From a virus: a stretch of DNA of 64,000 bases. The DNA lies in the IMG/VR virus record IMGVR_UViG_3300044630_005137, positions 42,227 to 106,226 of that record; one strand, 5' to 3'. A model generated the notes under the pieces. The model was not told where the DNA came from. It searched no databases and saw only the letters and a program-made list of their open reading frames with translations. Both the position numbers and the translations under genes were made by a program. This document shows positions 41,197-50,948 of this stretch, one piece after another (the first letter of the stretch is position 1; each line of letters starts with the position of its first letter).

Positions 41197-41916
41197 TTAT
41201 TTATACTTCCTTCTTGTCCAAAATCTTTTTTTATAGACTCCACCTTCTGGTGTTCTAAAAATTTCTGATGTTTCCATTGCTTTTTGCATAATATCAATTG
41301 GCTTATGAAATATCAACTCTGATTCCCAGTCTTCCCTTTTAAATGGTATTATCTGCAAATATGGTGTTCCTGCAGGTACAATCCCAGCAAATCCATTTTT
41401 TATAAAAAATGGTATTAATCCAGATGTTGTAACCTTATCACTGTCTATTATACCACCGACTGTAAGCCAAGGTAAGTCAAAATGATTTATCGGCTGTATG
41501 TATAAGGAGCTATATCCTTCTGGAAGCTGTGGAGCCCAATTGGCATACCAATGAAAATGATTTTTTTCATAACCAGGAGGAACTTGAAATCCAGTAGACT
41601 CTGGTCTTTCTCCTACAAAATCATCAAATTTTAAAGGCACCTTTGCTTTTATCCTATTGTTTTTTTCATAAAATTCTATGTCGCATGGGGTTACAAGTGT
41701 ATATCCAGATGTAAATGTATCTAGCATGGCTGGACATGCTTTAAAGTTTAGCATTTTGCCGCCGTCTTTATTTGCATTAGAAACTGGATTCCCATAAAAA
41801 TCTTTTATATATATGTCAGCATCTTGCCACCACTTAGGAATAACTCTTGCAGCTGGGCATGGAGCGGTTTCGACATCATTGTAATGCTTGTTTGAATGAA
41901 ATATTATTTTGTTCAT
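41197..41916 (-). CDS. Beta-rich hypothetical protein of the oxygenase cluster
   Basis: K.CP...D....GY and GTPYLQIIPFKRE motifs. Resembles the neighbouring 41913..42647 protein. Confidence 0.65.
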   Translation of the reverse strand: MNKIIFHSNKHYNDVETAPCPAARVIPKWWQDADIYIKDFYGNPVSNANKDGGKMLNFKACPAMLDTFTSGYTLVTPCDIEFYEKNNRIKAKVPLKFDDFVGERPESTGFQVPPGYEKNHFHWYANWAPQLPEGYSSLYIQPINHFDLPWLTVGGIIDSDKVTTSGLIPFFIKNGFAGIVPAGTPYLQIIPFKREDWESELIFHKPIDIMQKAMETSEIFRTPEGGVYKKRFWTRRKYK

Positions 41917-42647
41917 TGGGGTATTCCACAGCCTTCTGGTCCAGTTAAAGAAGTTTCATCATTTTTTAATCGTAACGATTTTACTTCATGAGATCCTATT
42001 TTATTGTTTTTATGGTCTACAGCATTTCTGTAAAAATCAGTCCACTTTCCAGATTTATTAATATCGCTAACAATTTTGCCATAGTCTTCTTTTGGAAAAA
42101 AATCTATTGGTAAATCCTTATATCCTTTTATTGTTGCTACTGAATTGTTTAAATTAGATAAAGATATTGGGATAATTGATGCAACTGGAGTATTTGCTGG
42201 AATAGTAATAACTTCATTGGCCTTTGTTATTCTCCATGCAATTGGAAAAGTGCCTTTAAAAAACGAAGTGCTTATTAGTGTTGTAAAAGGCCAAACACCA
42301 TCTATTGGCCAGTTTGGTGTTGGCATTGCTAGCATGCTTACATTTTCTTCAGTTTTTATAACTAAATTTGTATTAAAGCTAATTGTTGCATTGGCTCTTG
42401 ATGTTGAAACGTAATCCTTACCTTTTAAAACTTTAACGTGAGTGTCTGTTGAATCTGATATGCCGTCCCAAATAAATTCAATATCTACTGGAAAAGAAAC
42501 TCCCCATCCCAAGGTATTTGAAAGGCTTACTGGAAAACAATGATAGGCATGCTTATCAGATGTTTCATCCATCCATTCTCTTTTTACTCCTAGAGGCTGA
42601 ATATCTGCTGATTGATTTGGATAAACTTTGTATACATCAAAGTTCAT
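41913..42647 (-). CDS. DUF6065-like protein
   Basis: KREWMD.T...HAY.C.P....N..GW pattern, recognised from memory. Confidence 0.6.
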   Translation of the reverse strand: MNFDVYKVYPNQSADIQPLGVKREWMDETSDKHAYHCFPVSLSNTLGWGVSFPVDIEFIWDGISDSTDTHVKVLKGKDYVSTSRANATISFNTNLVIKTEENVSMLAMPTPNWPIDGVWPFTTLISTSFFKGTFPIAWRITKANEVITIPANTPVASIIPISLSNLNNSVATIKGYKDLPIDFFPKEDYGKIVSDINKSGKWTDFYRNAVDHKNNKIGSHEVKSLRLKNDETSLTGPEGCGIPQ

Positions 42648-43288
42648 CAGTACCCATCTTTCATTGATTTATCAGACATAAACTGTCTATAAAAAGACTC
42701 TGTATGAGTTGCATCGTTATAATCTGTCATAGTAACAATTGAATATTTTAGTCCAGATTTTACTGGAAGGGCGGCATGAGAGAACAAATATGTAGATGGG
42801 AATATATACAGATCTCCAGCCTTTGGCTTAATAGTTAAATCCAGTTTATCAAATCTTAATCCGCCTTCTTCATAATCATCATTAATATAAGCAACCATTG
42901 ATACTGTTGATATATATGACCAACCATGATCTGAATGATAAGAGAAATGTTGACCTTCTCCATATTTAATAAAATTCATTGCTTCCCAATATTTTAATTC
43001 AATATTGTAAAAAGAAGAATAATCATTTAATGCAATTGCCTGTGCATCATAAACATCTTGCCAAATTGCATCTACTTCTTGATTGTATTTATCAGGAATA
43101 TGGTTTTCAAATTTTTTCCATTTAAAGTCTACACAGTCTCTATAGTCAGGCATTTTTTCTCTATATCCGACGGTTGCTTCTTTCCAAGTATGCATTCCTT
43201 TAGAATCAAGTATTGCACTTTCAAGCCTGTTGATTATATCCATTTCTGGAGTAATTACATTTCTATAAACCCAAAGTCCTGGGAACAA
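42647..43288 (-). CDS. 2OG-Fe(II) oxygenase, prolyl-4-hydroxylase-like (start uncertain, TTG)
   Basis: HSD...YINDDYEEGGL...HAALPVKSGLKY. Confidence 0.88.
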   Translation of the reverse strand: MFPGLWVYRNVITPEMDIINRLESAILDSKGMHTWKEATVGYREKMPDYRDCVDFKWKKFENHIPDKYNQEVDAIWQDVYDAQAIALNDYSSFYNIELKYWEAMNFIKYGEGQHFSYHSDHGWSYISTVSMVAYINDDYEEGGLRFDKLDLTIKPKAGDLYIFPSTYLFSHAALPVKSGLKYSIVTMTDYNDATHTESFYRQFMSDKSMKDGY

Positions 43289-43295
43289 CTCTTCT

Positions 43296-43538
43296 TTATT
43301 GTAAATTTTCTTTTCCCCATTTTCCTACAGGACATTCAGCTTCGGCAAGTTGAACTTTGATTGGCATAATACAATTACATTTTGAACATTGTGTAGTTTT
43401 TAAATAAAATTCGCAGCCTTTACAAATACTTAATCTATTTTCAGCAATCTTATTGTCTGAAACATGCCTATTGGGATCAAATATGTGCCATGGGCGTGTG
43501 TCACCTACGGCTTTTTTCCATTCTTCCCATTTAGACAT
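43296..43538 (-). CDS. Small Cys-rich protein (DUF6171-like, probable start MSKWEE)
   Basis: RL.IC..C......QC..C.C.M..K......CP.GKW. Confidence 0.7.
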   Translation of the reverse strand: MSKWEEWKKAVGDTRPWHIFDPNRHVSDNKIAENRLSICKGCEFYLKTTQCSKCNCIMPIKVQLAEAECPVGKWGKENLQ

Positions 43539-44026
43539 TATGCTGTGTAGGTAAAGTTTGTGCCGTCCCAAATGTAACCAACTGTTACGCTTGCGTCTTG
43601 ATCTATTTTTTTCAATGTTACATTTCCAGAAAATGCAGCTTCAAACTTTTCATCAAGTATGCTGCCTTTGATTGGAGCCATCATAAAAAATACTTTATTG
43701 TTGCATAACAAAGTATATCCAGAAAGAATTGATGTTCCATCTATAGAAGAATATCTTACCCCAGACTCCCCTTCAGTTCCTATAAATTCTTCTGGAATAG
43801 GATTTGGCAATGTAAAATTTAATCCATCCCATGTACTACCAATTAATAATCCAGGCTTTTCATTTGCTGCTTGGCCAACAATAGTGTAACCAGAGTTTAG
43901 GGCTTCATCAATCCTGCTAACTCTTTCTAAAGATTCTGGCGTTTCGTCTGAAACTCTAATAACATGAAAAACTTCATAGTTGTTATTATCAATTTCAACT
44001 AACATAGCGTATTTATGTACAGTCAT
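43538..44026 (-). CDS. Hypothetical fibre-associated protein with two WDG.NF repeats
   Basis: GSTWDGLNF and GYIWDGTNF. AAGGAG RBS. Confidence 0.65.
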   Translation of the reverse strand: MTVHKYAMLVEIDNNNYEVFHVIRVSDETPESLERVSRIDEALNSGYTIVGQAANEKPGLLIGSTWDGLNFTLPNPIPEEFIGTEGESGVRYSSIDGTSILSGYTLLCNNKVFFMMAPIKGSILDEKFEAAFSGNVTLKKIDQDASVTVGYIWDGTNFTYTA

Positions 44027-44095
44027 TTAATCTCCTTAATTATTATATAGTACATTTTACTATATATTTAATATTATTGTCAATAGCGGTACTAT

Positions 44096-45169
44096 TTAGA
44101 ACTCGCATTGACATCCTCCAGTATAGAATCCAGACCATCCTGATCCGTATACTGCGGCACAGTTTCCACCGCAACCTCCGCCAACAAAGTGTGGTGGGAA
44201 GAATGGTGGGAAGAATGGTGGGAAGTGTGGTGGGAAGAACGGTGGGAAGTGTGGTGGGAAGAACGGTGGGAAGAACGGTGGGAAGAATGGTGGGAAGAAC
44301 GGTGGGAAATGTGGAGGGAAGAACGGTGGGAAGTGTGGTGGGAAGAACGGTGGGAAGAACGGTGGGAAGAACGGTGGGAAGAACGGTGGGAAGTGTGGTG
44401 GGAAGAACGGTGGGAAGTGTGGTGGGAAGAACGGTGGGAAGAATGGTGGGAAGTGTGGTGGGAAGAACGGTGGGAAGTGTGGTGGGAAGAACGGTGGGAA
44501 GAACGGTGGGAAGTGTGGTGGGAAGAACGGTGGGAAGAACGGTGGGAAGTGTGGAGGTGTAAATGTTTCTACAGTTCCAGTTGTTGTACCTAAAGATTGT
44601 CCATTTGCATTTGATGCGTAAACAGTATAAGTTTCAGAGTTTGGAGATGCTGTATCAAATGGAGATGTTGCTGCTGAGGATAAAGATCCCCGAATACTAG
44701 AAGTAATTTGAAAAGTAGTTATTGCGCTTCCACCAGTAGCATTTGCAGAAAAAGTAATTCTGTCATTTCCAGAAGCTGGGACTGGGCTTGGCCCAGGGGT
44801 ACTTGTTGAAACAGTTGCACTTGGAGCTTGTGGAACTGTGGTGGCAGTTATTGATCCAGATGTTGTTGCTTGAGATGAGCCAGCAGCGTTAGAGGCAACA
44901 ACTGTAAATGTATATGCCGTTGCACTTAATAATCCTGTAAAGGTATAACTAGTACTAGAAGTAGTTTGTGTTGTTGTTGCTGGGGTTGATGTAATGGTAT
45001 AAAGTGTTGCTGGGGGTGATGCGGCTGGCAAAGACCATGTAAGAGATGCTGCGCCATTATTATATGCCCGCCCAGTACCCACATTTGTTGCAGTTAAGGA
45101 AGTAACTGCACTTGGTTCTAAGAAATTATCCTGTGCTGAGGATTTTCTACCTATTTTCTTATTTGCCAT
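44096..45169 (-). CDS. FN3 virion protein with a (PPFF/PPHF)31 tract and a Cys/Gly-rich C-terminal tip
   Basis: 357 aa. FN3 motif FTGL...[14 protein letters not shown]. Ends [29 protein letters not shown]. Confidence 0.8.
   Translation of the reverse strand: MANKKIGRKSSAQDNFLEPSAVTSLTATNVGTGRAYNNGAASLTWSLPAASPPATLYTITSTPATTTQTTSSTSYTFTGLLSATAYTFTVVASNAAGSSQATTSGSITATTVPQAPSATVSTSTPGPSPVPASGNDRITFSANATGGSAITTFQITSSIRGSLSSAATSPFDTASPNSETYTVYASNANGQSLGTTTGTVETFTPPHFPPFFPPFFPPHFPPFFPPFFPPHFPPFFPPHFPPFFPPFFPPHFPPFFPPHFPPFFPPFFPPFFPPFFPPHFPPFFPPHFPPFFPPFFPPFFPPFFPPHFPPFFPPHFPPFFPPFFPPHFVGGGCGGNCAAVYGSGWSGFYTGGCQCEF
44186..44557 (-). repeat. 31 x 12-bp tandem repeat encoding PPFF/PPHF
   Basis: Same 12-mers as at 1551-1754, with a few synonymous variants. 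Confidence 0.95.
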
Positions 45170-45197
45170 TTATTTAGCCCCTATCTTTATTTTTTAA

Positions 45198-47780
45198 TTA
45201 TGCTGTCAAGTCTCCAGCTAGCAACCAAGTATTTATCGCTACCTTGGTAAGTGTTGCTGATGAATGTGTTGTTCTTAGTGTTAATCCTGGTGTGCGAAGA
45301 ATTGTAACTGTACCATCTGCTGCTACAAAGTTTGCGCCAGTTCCTGATGCTTGGTAAAAATCAATTGATGTACCAATTGGGAAGGCTGTTGTTGCATTTG
45401 TTGGTATTGTAATTGCTCGTGCACCTGCAATTGGGATAAGCTGATCTCTTAGAGCAAGGCCACCTGTTGATAGGTTATATGCTGCTGAGATTTCAGTTCC
45501 AATTGTTGTAAGTGATGGGACACCAGCTTTTGTTTGAGTTCCATCTGTAAATGCTACTCCTGCTGCGGCAACTGTCACTGTACCAGTAAATGTTGGTGAG
45601 GCAAGTGGTGCTTTTAGGCCAAGACTTGTTGTTACAGATGTAGCAAAGTTTGCGTCATCTCCAAGTGCTGCAGCAAGTTCATCAAGTGTGTTAAGTGCTG
45701 CTGGAGCAGATGCAATTACTGCATTTACTTGTGCTGTTGCATCTGCAATTGCTTCTGCCTTAGCAGTTGCAATTGCTGAAGCCTGTGCTGTAGATACTGG
45801 TTTTGCTGTATCAGCTGTATTGTCAACAGATCCAAGCCCAACCATAGTTTTTGTAATTCCTGATACTGTACCAGTAAATGTTGGTGAGGCAATTGGGGCT
45901 TTTGCAGCAAGATCGGATGTGAGGCCTGAAATCTTAGACTGGGCAATTCCTGCTGAAGCGTTAATATCTCCATCTACGATTGTTCCGTTTGCAATCTTAG
46001 CTGAAGTTACTGCGCCATCTGCAATCTTTGATTCAGTAACTGAATCAACTGCAAGTTCTGAGCTAGTTACCGATGCTGCAATAATTTCTGCAGTTCCAAC
46101 TGAATCATCTGACATCATTGATTGAGTAATTGTATTTGCAGGAAGTGTTACTGTTCCTGTAAATGTTGGGGAAGCAAGTGGTGCTTTGGTATCAATTTGA
46201 GTCTGAATAGATGATGTTACTCCATCAAGGTAACCAATTTCAACATCTGAAACGTTGGCAACAACTGGCTGCTTAGTATTTAATTGAGTTTGAATTGCTG
46301 ATGTTACTCCATCAAGGTAGCCAATTTCAACATCTGAAACGTTAGCTACAACTGCCTGCTTGGCATCTAGTTGTATTTGAAGACCAGAAGTTACTCCGTT
46401 TAGGTAACCTATTTCTAGGTTGCTAACATCACCGATTGAGGTTGATCCTGGAAGTGTTACATTTCCAGTAAATGTTGGTGCTGCAAGTGGTGCGTAAGTT
46501 GAAGCAGCTGTTGCTGATGCTAACTTAGCATCAATTTGCCCCTGAATACCAGAGGTTACTCCGTTAACATATGCCAACTCAACGTTGCTGACATCACCGA
46601 TTGAGGTTGTTGCTGGAAGAGTTACTGTGCCAGTTAGTGTCGGTGAAGCAAGTGGTGCGTAAGTTGAAGCAGCAATTGTAGTTTCCAGCTTTGCATCAAT
46701 TTGTCCCTGAATACCAGATGTTACTCCGTTTAGATACCCTATTTCTAGGTTGCTAACATCACCGATTGAAGTTGATCCTGGAAGTGTTACTGTGCCAGTT
46801 AGTGTCGGTGAAGCAAGTGGTGCTTTAGCATCTAGCTGTACTTGAACACCAGAAGTTACTCCGTTTATGTATCCTAACTCAACGTTGCTGACATCACCGA
46901 TTGAGGTTGTTGCTGGAAGAGTTACGTTTCCAGTGAATGTTGGTGATGCTAATGGAGCCTTTAAGCTAAGAGCAGTTGTAACAGTTCCTGCAAAATTTGC
47001 GTCATCATTAAGAGCTGCTGCTAATTCGTTTAATGTATTAAGCGATTCTGGTGAAGCAGATGTAAGTATACTTACAGCTGCATCCGCATAAGCTTCAGCT
47101 TGAGTTTTTGCTGTTGCGATTGCTGTAGCAGTTGCGGTTGAAACAGGCTTATTTAAATCAGTTGTATTGTCAACATTTGCAAGGCCCACATCTGACTTAG
47201 TAATTCCAGTAGGGGTATTTATTACTGGAGATGTAAGAGTCTTATTTGTAAGAGTTTGTGATCCTGTTGTAGTTGCAAGGATGCTTGTATCCGCAATACC
47301 GTGAACAGATGTTGTATCTGCTTCATGTGTTGCAATTGCGGCTGAGATGGCTTCTGTTGCTGAAATAACTTTCCAGTTACCATCAGTGCTTGCAGGTGAT
47401 GCAGACAAAACATATGTTGTTCCAGTATCTGACTGAATTGCAATGTCTCCAGATTCTGCTGTTAATGCTAATCTTGCTGCCTGGTTTGCAACAGCACTAA
47501 CTGTTACTTTGGCAAGTGGGGGAAGTTGTGCTGAAGGGATAAATCCTGATGAATCCAGTGAAGCAACACCATTTGCAACACCTTTTGTACTTAAAAGAAT
47601 ATAATCGTCTACTGTTTGTGAGAGAGCATAACTTAGTGAGTTCCAAGCAGTGCTTCCATCTCCAAATTTAAATGTATTAGTATCTGTTTCAATACCAATT
47701 TCTCCAGCTGCTAGGGTTGGATTTGCTGCGACCCATTGAGCTTCTGTGCCTCTTCTTAACTGCAATCTTACTGTTGCCAT
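45198..47780 (-). CDS. Fibre protein with Mtd-N/hyaluronidase-like N-terminal domain and internal repeats
   Basis: QLRRGT...W...NP.LA.GEIG.ETDT..FK.GDG...W..L.Y. Repeated APLASPT.TG.VTLP..TSIGDVSN.E.GY.NGVTS units. Confidence 0.8.
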   Translation of the reverse strand: MATVRLQLRRGTEAQWVAANPTLAAGEIGIETDTNTFKFGDGSTAWNSLSYALSQTVDDYILLSTKGVANGVASLDSSGFIPSAQLPPLAKVTVSAVANQAARLALTAESGDIAIQSDTGTTYVLSASPASTDGNWKVISATEAISAAIATHEADTTSVHGIADTSILATTTGSQTLTNKTLTSPVINTPTGITKSDVGLANVDNTTDLNKPVSTATATAIATAKTQAEAYADAAVSILTSASPESLNTLNELAAALNDDANFAGTVTTALSLKAPLASPTFTGNVTLPATTSIGDVSNVELGYINGVTSGVQVQLDAKAPLASPTLTGTVTLPGSTSIGDVSNLEIGYLNGVTSGIQGQIDAKLETTIAASTYAPLASPTLTGTVTLPATTSIGDVSNVELAYVNGVTSGIQGQIDAKLASATAASTYAPLAAPTFTGNVTLPGSTSIGDVSNLEIGYLNGVTSGLQIQLDAKQAVVANVSDVEIGYLDGVTSAIQTQLNTKQPVVANVSDVEIGYLDGVTSSIQTQIDTKAPLASPTFTGTVTLPANTITQSMMSDDSVGTAEIIAASVTSSELAVDSVTESKIADGAVTSAKIANGTIVDGDINASAGIAQSKISGLTSDLAAKAPIASPTFTGTVSGITKTMVGLGSVDNTADTAKPVSTAQASAIATAKAEAIADATAQVNAVIASAPAALNTLDELAAALGDDANFATSVTTSLGLKAPLASPTFTGTVTVAAAGVAFTDGTQTKAGVPSLTTIGTEISAAYNLSTGGLALRDQLIPIAGARAITIPTNATTAFPIGTSIDFYQASGTGANFVAADGTVTILRTPGLTLRTTHSSATLTKVAINTWLLAGDLTA

Positions 47781-47833
47781 TTTATTACCCCTTATATATT
47801 TTATTTATACTGCTTATTGTATCATTTATTGCT

Positions 47834-48199
47834 TTAAGATATAGATCCAGAGTCAAAAACCATTGAAACGTCAGCATCTGTAGATGATGGGGATCCACCA
47901 TCTACAAACTTGCTTGTTCCATCAGGAGTAACTCCATTTGCCTGAACTGTGTATATTGGCTGTCCGTTATAGTCAATGGCTAGACCAATATCCATAAAAG
48001 TAACCTGTGTACTTGTATCTGGAATATCTGAATTAAAAGCTATTGGAACCCATGTTCCATTTAGCTGTATTTGTAGCTTGTTTGTTGCTGTATCAAATCT
48101 AAGGGGTGTTGTTCCTAAAACGACGTTAGACCCAAATGTGGCAGTGCCTGCTACATTGAGTCCATTTTTTACTTTAAAATTCTTATTATCTGTTGCCAT
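47834..48199 (-). CDS. Small virion fibre-associated protein
   Basis: N-terminus MATDNKNFKVKNGL is paralogous to that of 48269..49993. Confidence 0.65.
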   Translation of the reverse strand: MATDNKNFKVKNGLNVAGTATFGSNVVLGTTPLRFDTATNKLQIQLNGTWVPIAFNSDIPDTSTQVTFMDIGLAIDYNGQPIYTVQANGVTPDGTSKFVDGGSPSSTDADVSMVFDSGSIS

Positions 48200-48230
48200 T
48201 TAAGTTCACATATCCCCTAAGTGTTTTGGT

Positions 48231-48253
48231 GGGGGATTTTTAAGGAATCCCCC
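48231..48253 (-). terminator. Hairpin after the Ala-rich fibre gene
   Basis: GGGGGATT-N7-AATCCCCC. Confidence 0.55.
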
Positions 48254-48268
48254 AAAACCTTTATTTAA

Positions 48269-49993
48269 TTATTTAATTAGTGTTCCAACAACGACAACTT
48301 CAGTGTTAGCGTTTGCTGGGGTTACTCTAATTCTTACATCTGATCCAGAGTAATCTGCTGTTACTGCAGCTAATTCTGTTCCGTTTGAATATGTAATTCC
48401 ATATTCAGAAACTGCTACATTGTTTGCAGTATCAAGTGTTACTACTAAGTCTGAGACCTGAGTATGCACACCATTCTTTACTTTAACTACAAACTTAGCG
48501 CTTCTGTAGTCTGCTGCTACCCATGAGATAGCTGTTGTTTCTGCTGCCACTGCAATGTTTCCAGTTGTTGCTGCAACCTGCTTAGCAACAGAGTTGTAAT
48601 TAATTGCTGTAAATGATGTAGTTCCATTTTGCTGAGCAGTATTAGCTGCTGCTGCGGTTGCTTCTGCTGCTGCCTGAGCTGCGTTAGCCTTAGTTGTTGC
48701 ATCTGATGCGGCTGTTGAAACTGCTGTTGCTACGTTTGCTGTAGTTGCTAGAAGTGAAGTATCTGCAATACCGTGAATGTTTGTTGTATCTGCACTATGT
48801 GCTGAAAGAGCAGAGGCTGCGGTTGCTTCTGCTGCTGCTTGAGCTGCGTTAGCCTTTGAAGTAGCATCTGTTGCTGCTGCTGAGATAGCTGCTGCTTGGG
48901 CTGCGTTAGCCTTTGAAGTTGCATCTGCTGCTGCGGTTGCTTCTGCTGCTGCTTGAGCTGCGTCTGCTTCACCCTTAGCAAATGCTGTAGTTGCAATTTG
49001 AGTTGTATTGGTATCTGCTGCTGCAGTTGGTGCAGTAGGTGTGCCAGTAAGCGCTGGGGAGGCAAGTGGTGCCTTTGTTCCAAGAGCTGTTGTAATAGTT
49101 GTTGTGTAATTAGCATCATCATTTATTGCTGCTGCTAATTCATTTAATGTGTTAAGAAGTGATGGTGCTCCATCAACAAGGCCATCTACTGCGGTTGCAA
49201 TTGCTGTGCCAGCTGCTGTTGCGGCTGCTGAGATAGCGGCTGCTTGTGCTGCGTTGGCCTTAGTTGTTGCGTCTGCTGCTGCTGCTGAGATAGCTGCTGC
49301 TTGAGCTGCGTTAGCCTTAGTTGTTGCGTCTGCTGCTGCGGTTGCTTCTGCTGCTGCTTGTGCTGCGTTAGCCTTTGTAGTAGCATCTGTCGCTGCTGCT
49401 GTAGTTGCTGCTGACTGGGCTGCGTTAGCCTTAGTTGTAGCATCTGATGCTGCTGCTGAGATTGCTGCTGCTTGTGCTGCGTTAGCCTTAGTTGTAGCGT
49501 CTGCTGCTGCGGTTGAAACTGAAGCTGCGTCGCCTGAAACTCTAAGTGCTGCTTCTGCTGCTACCTTAGTTGTTGCATCTGTTGCTGCTGCTGTAGTTGC
49601 TGCTGACTGTGCTGCTGCTGCTGAGCCTGCTGCATCGTATGCTGCGGCTGTTGCTGAAAGTGCACGAGCATCTGTAAAATATTTGTTTGCTGCATTTTCT
49701 GCAAGATCCGCTGTGTCATGATTTGAAAGACTTGAAACTGTACCTGTTACATCACCAGTAAGATTACCAACAAATGTAGCAGTAATTGTTCCTGCAGCAA
49801 AGTTGCCATTGGCATCGCGTTTTACTACGGTATTTGCTGTATTGGCTGAAGTTGCTGTACCACCAATAAGACCAACAATGTAGTCTTGGTCTGCTTGGGC
49901 CTTGGTTAATACACCAAAACCGTTAACGGTAGCTGTGCCACCCTCAACGATAAGACCATTTTTAATTCTAAAGTTTTTGTTTACTGTTGCCAT
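48269..49993 (-). CDS. Ala-rich coiled-coil fibre protein
   Basis: Many DATTKANAAQAAA repeats and an LNTLNELAAA.NDDAN fibre motif. Confidence 0.8.
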   Translation of the reverse strand: MATVNKNFRIKNGLIVEGGTATVNGFGVLTKAQADQDYIVGLIGGTATSANTANTVVKRDANGNFAAGTITATFVGNLTGDVTGTVSSLSNHDTADLAENAANKYFTDARALSATAAAYDAAGSAAAAQSAATTAAATDATTKVAAEAALRVSGDAASVSTAAADATTKANAAQAAAISAAASDATTKANAAQSAATTAAATDATTKANAAQAAAEATAAADATTKANAAQAAAISAAAADATTKANAAQAAAISAAATAAGTAIATAVDGLVDGAPSLLNTLNELAAAINDDANYTTTITTALGTKAPLASPALTGTPTAPTAAADTNTTQIATTAFAKGEADAAQAAAEATAAADATSKANAAQAAAISAAATDATSKANAAQAAAEATAASALSAHSADTTNIHGIADTSLLATTANVATAVSTAASDATTKANAAQAAAEATAAAANTAQQNGTTSFTAINYNSVAKQVAATTGNIAVAAETTAISWVAADYRSAKFVVKVKNGVHTQVSDLVVTLDTANNVAVSEYGITYSNGTELAAVTADYSGSDVRIRVTPANANTEVVVVGTLIK

Positions 49994-50020
49994 TGATATG
50001 ACTCCCTTTTACTGCTTTTT

Positions 50021-50572
50021 TTATGCTTTTAGTGCTGTTCTAAAATATCTTACTTTTATTGATCCTGAAACAGGTGTTACGCATAGACTTATTATACCGC
50101 TATTTTCTTCAAAAGTAACTGTAGCTAGTGATAAATCTGTGTTTGATACTATGTCTGATTCTGATATGTAAACATTGGTTCCATCGTTAAGCAAAACAAT
50201 AGTTGAAGTATGTGTTAGATTTCCAACAGACTTATCAATCTGCAATGTATATCTAACTGTCTTATACACTGTCTTGGAAAATGAGTCTATAGTTGTTTTA
50301 TTTTCTATGCCGTCTATAGTAAGATCGTTGTTTCCGTCCAAACCTAGTATCTCTGAAGCATTTTCTGCATCTAGAGTTGCTAGGTTTGCCTGAAGCTGAC
50401 TTACTTTATAGTCTATAGAGTTTACATCTGTTGATCCGTTGACACCAAGTTTGTTTTCAATTGCCTCAATTGCATCATTGACGTTACCATGCAGCGTTGC
50501 ATGGCCTTCCATTGATTCGGTAGCGGCAGGATTTGTAAGGTTATCTTTTGATGTTGGGTAGCTAGTTGCCAA
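50021..50572 (-). CDS. Virion structural protein
   Basis: 183 aa. The C-terminal domain resembles the end of 48269..49993. Confidence 0.6.
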   Translation of the reverse strand: MATSYPTSKDNLTNPAATESMEGHATLHGNVNDAIEAIENKLGVNGSTDVNSIDYKVSQLQANLATLDAENASEILGLDGNNDLTIDGIENKTTIDSFSKTVYKTVRYTLQIDKSVGNLTHTSTIVLLNDGTNVYISESDIVSNTDLSLATVTFEENSGIISLCVTPVSGSIKVRYFRTALKA

Positions 50573-50939
50573 TTTGTCCTCCGTCCAACAGTGTTAATTC
50601 TGTATAGCTTGCATTTGCGTACGATGATGTTGGAGTGCCACCGTCTAGACCAATTATAGCAGGATTAGTTTCTAAAACGCTTGCATTATTGTTAACATCT
50701 TCAGAAAAGTTTATTGTTTCTTGAAGATTAACTGTATGTACATTTCCATCATAAGAGTGAGTGTGCATATAAAATGGAGCGGGATCAGAAGAGCCAGGAG
50801 TTAAGTCAACCCACACTGCACCGTTGTAAATCTTAATGTTTTTACTTGTTACATTAAAATAAACATCTCCAGTTGATCCGCTCAAAGGATCTTCTGCAAG
50901 TGTAAGGAGATTTAATAATGACTTGAACTTTTTGGCCAT
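50562..50939 (-). CDS. Virion structural protein
   Basis: GDVYFN......IYNG..W fibre motif. Confidence 0.6.
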   Translation of the reverse strand: MAKKFKSLLNLLTLAEDPLSGSTGDVYFNVTSKNIKIYNGAVWVDLTPGSSDPAPFYMHTHSYDGNVHTVNLQETINFSEDVNNNASVLETNPAIIGLDGGTPTSSYANASYTELTLLDGGQIGN

Positions 50940-50948
50940 TTGAAATCC

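Noticed and set aside
44186-44557. Possible CRISPR array
   Set aside because: Contiguous 12-mers with no unique spacers, in frame within a CDS, and no cas genes.
45198-47780. Diversity-generating retroelement suggested by the Mtd-like N-terminus
   Set aside because: No reverse transcriptase and no template/variable repeat pair with adenine-specific differences was seen in the window.
48517-49443. Gln-rich overlapping ORFs
   Set aside because: Shifted-frame readings of GCA-rich alanine repeats in the 574-aa fibre gene.
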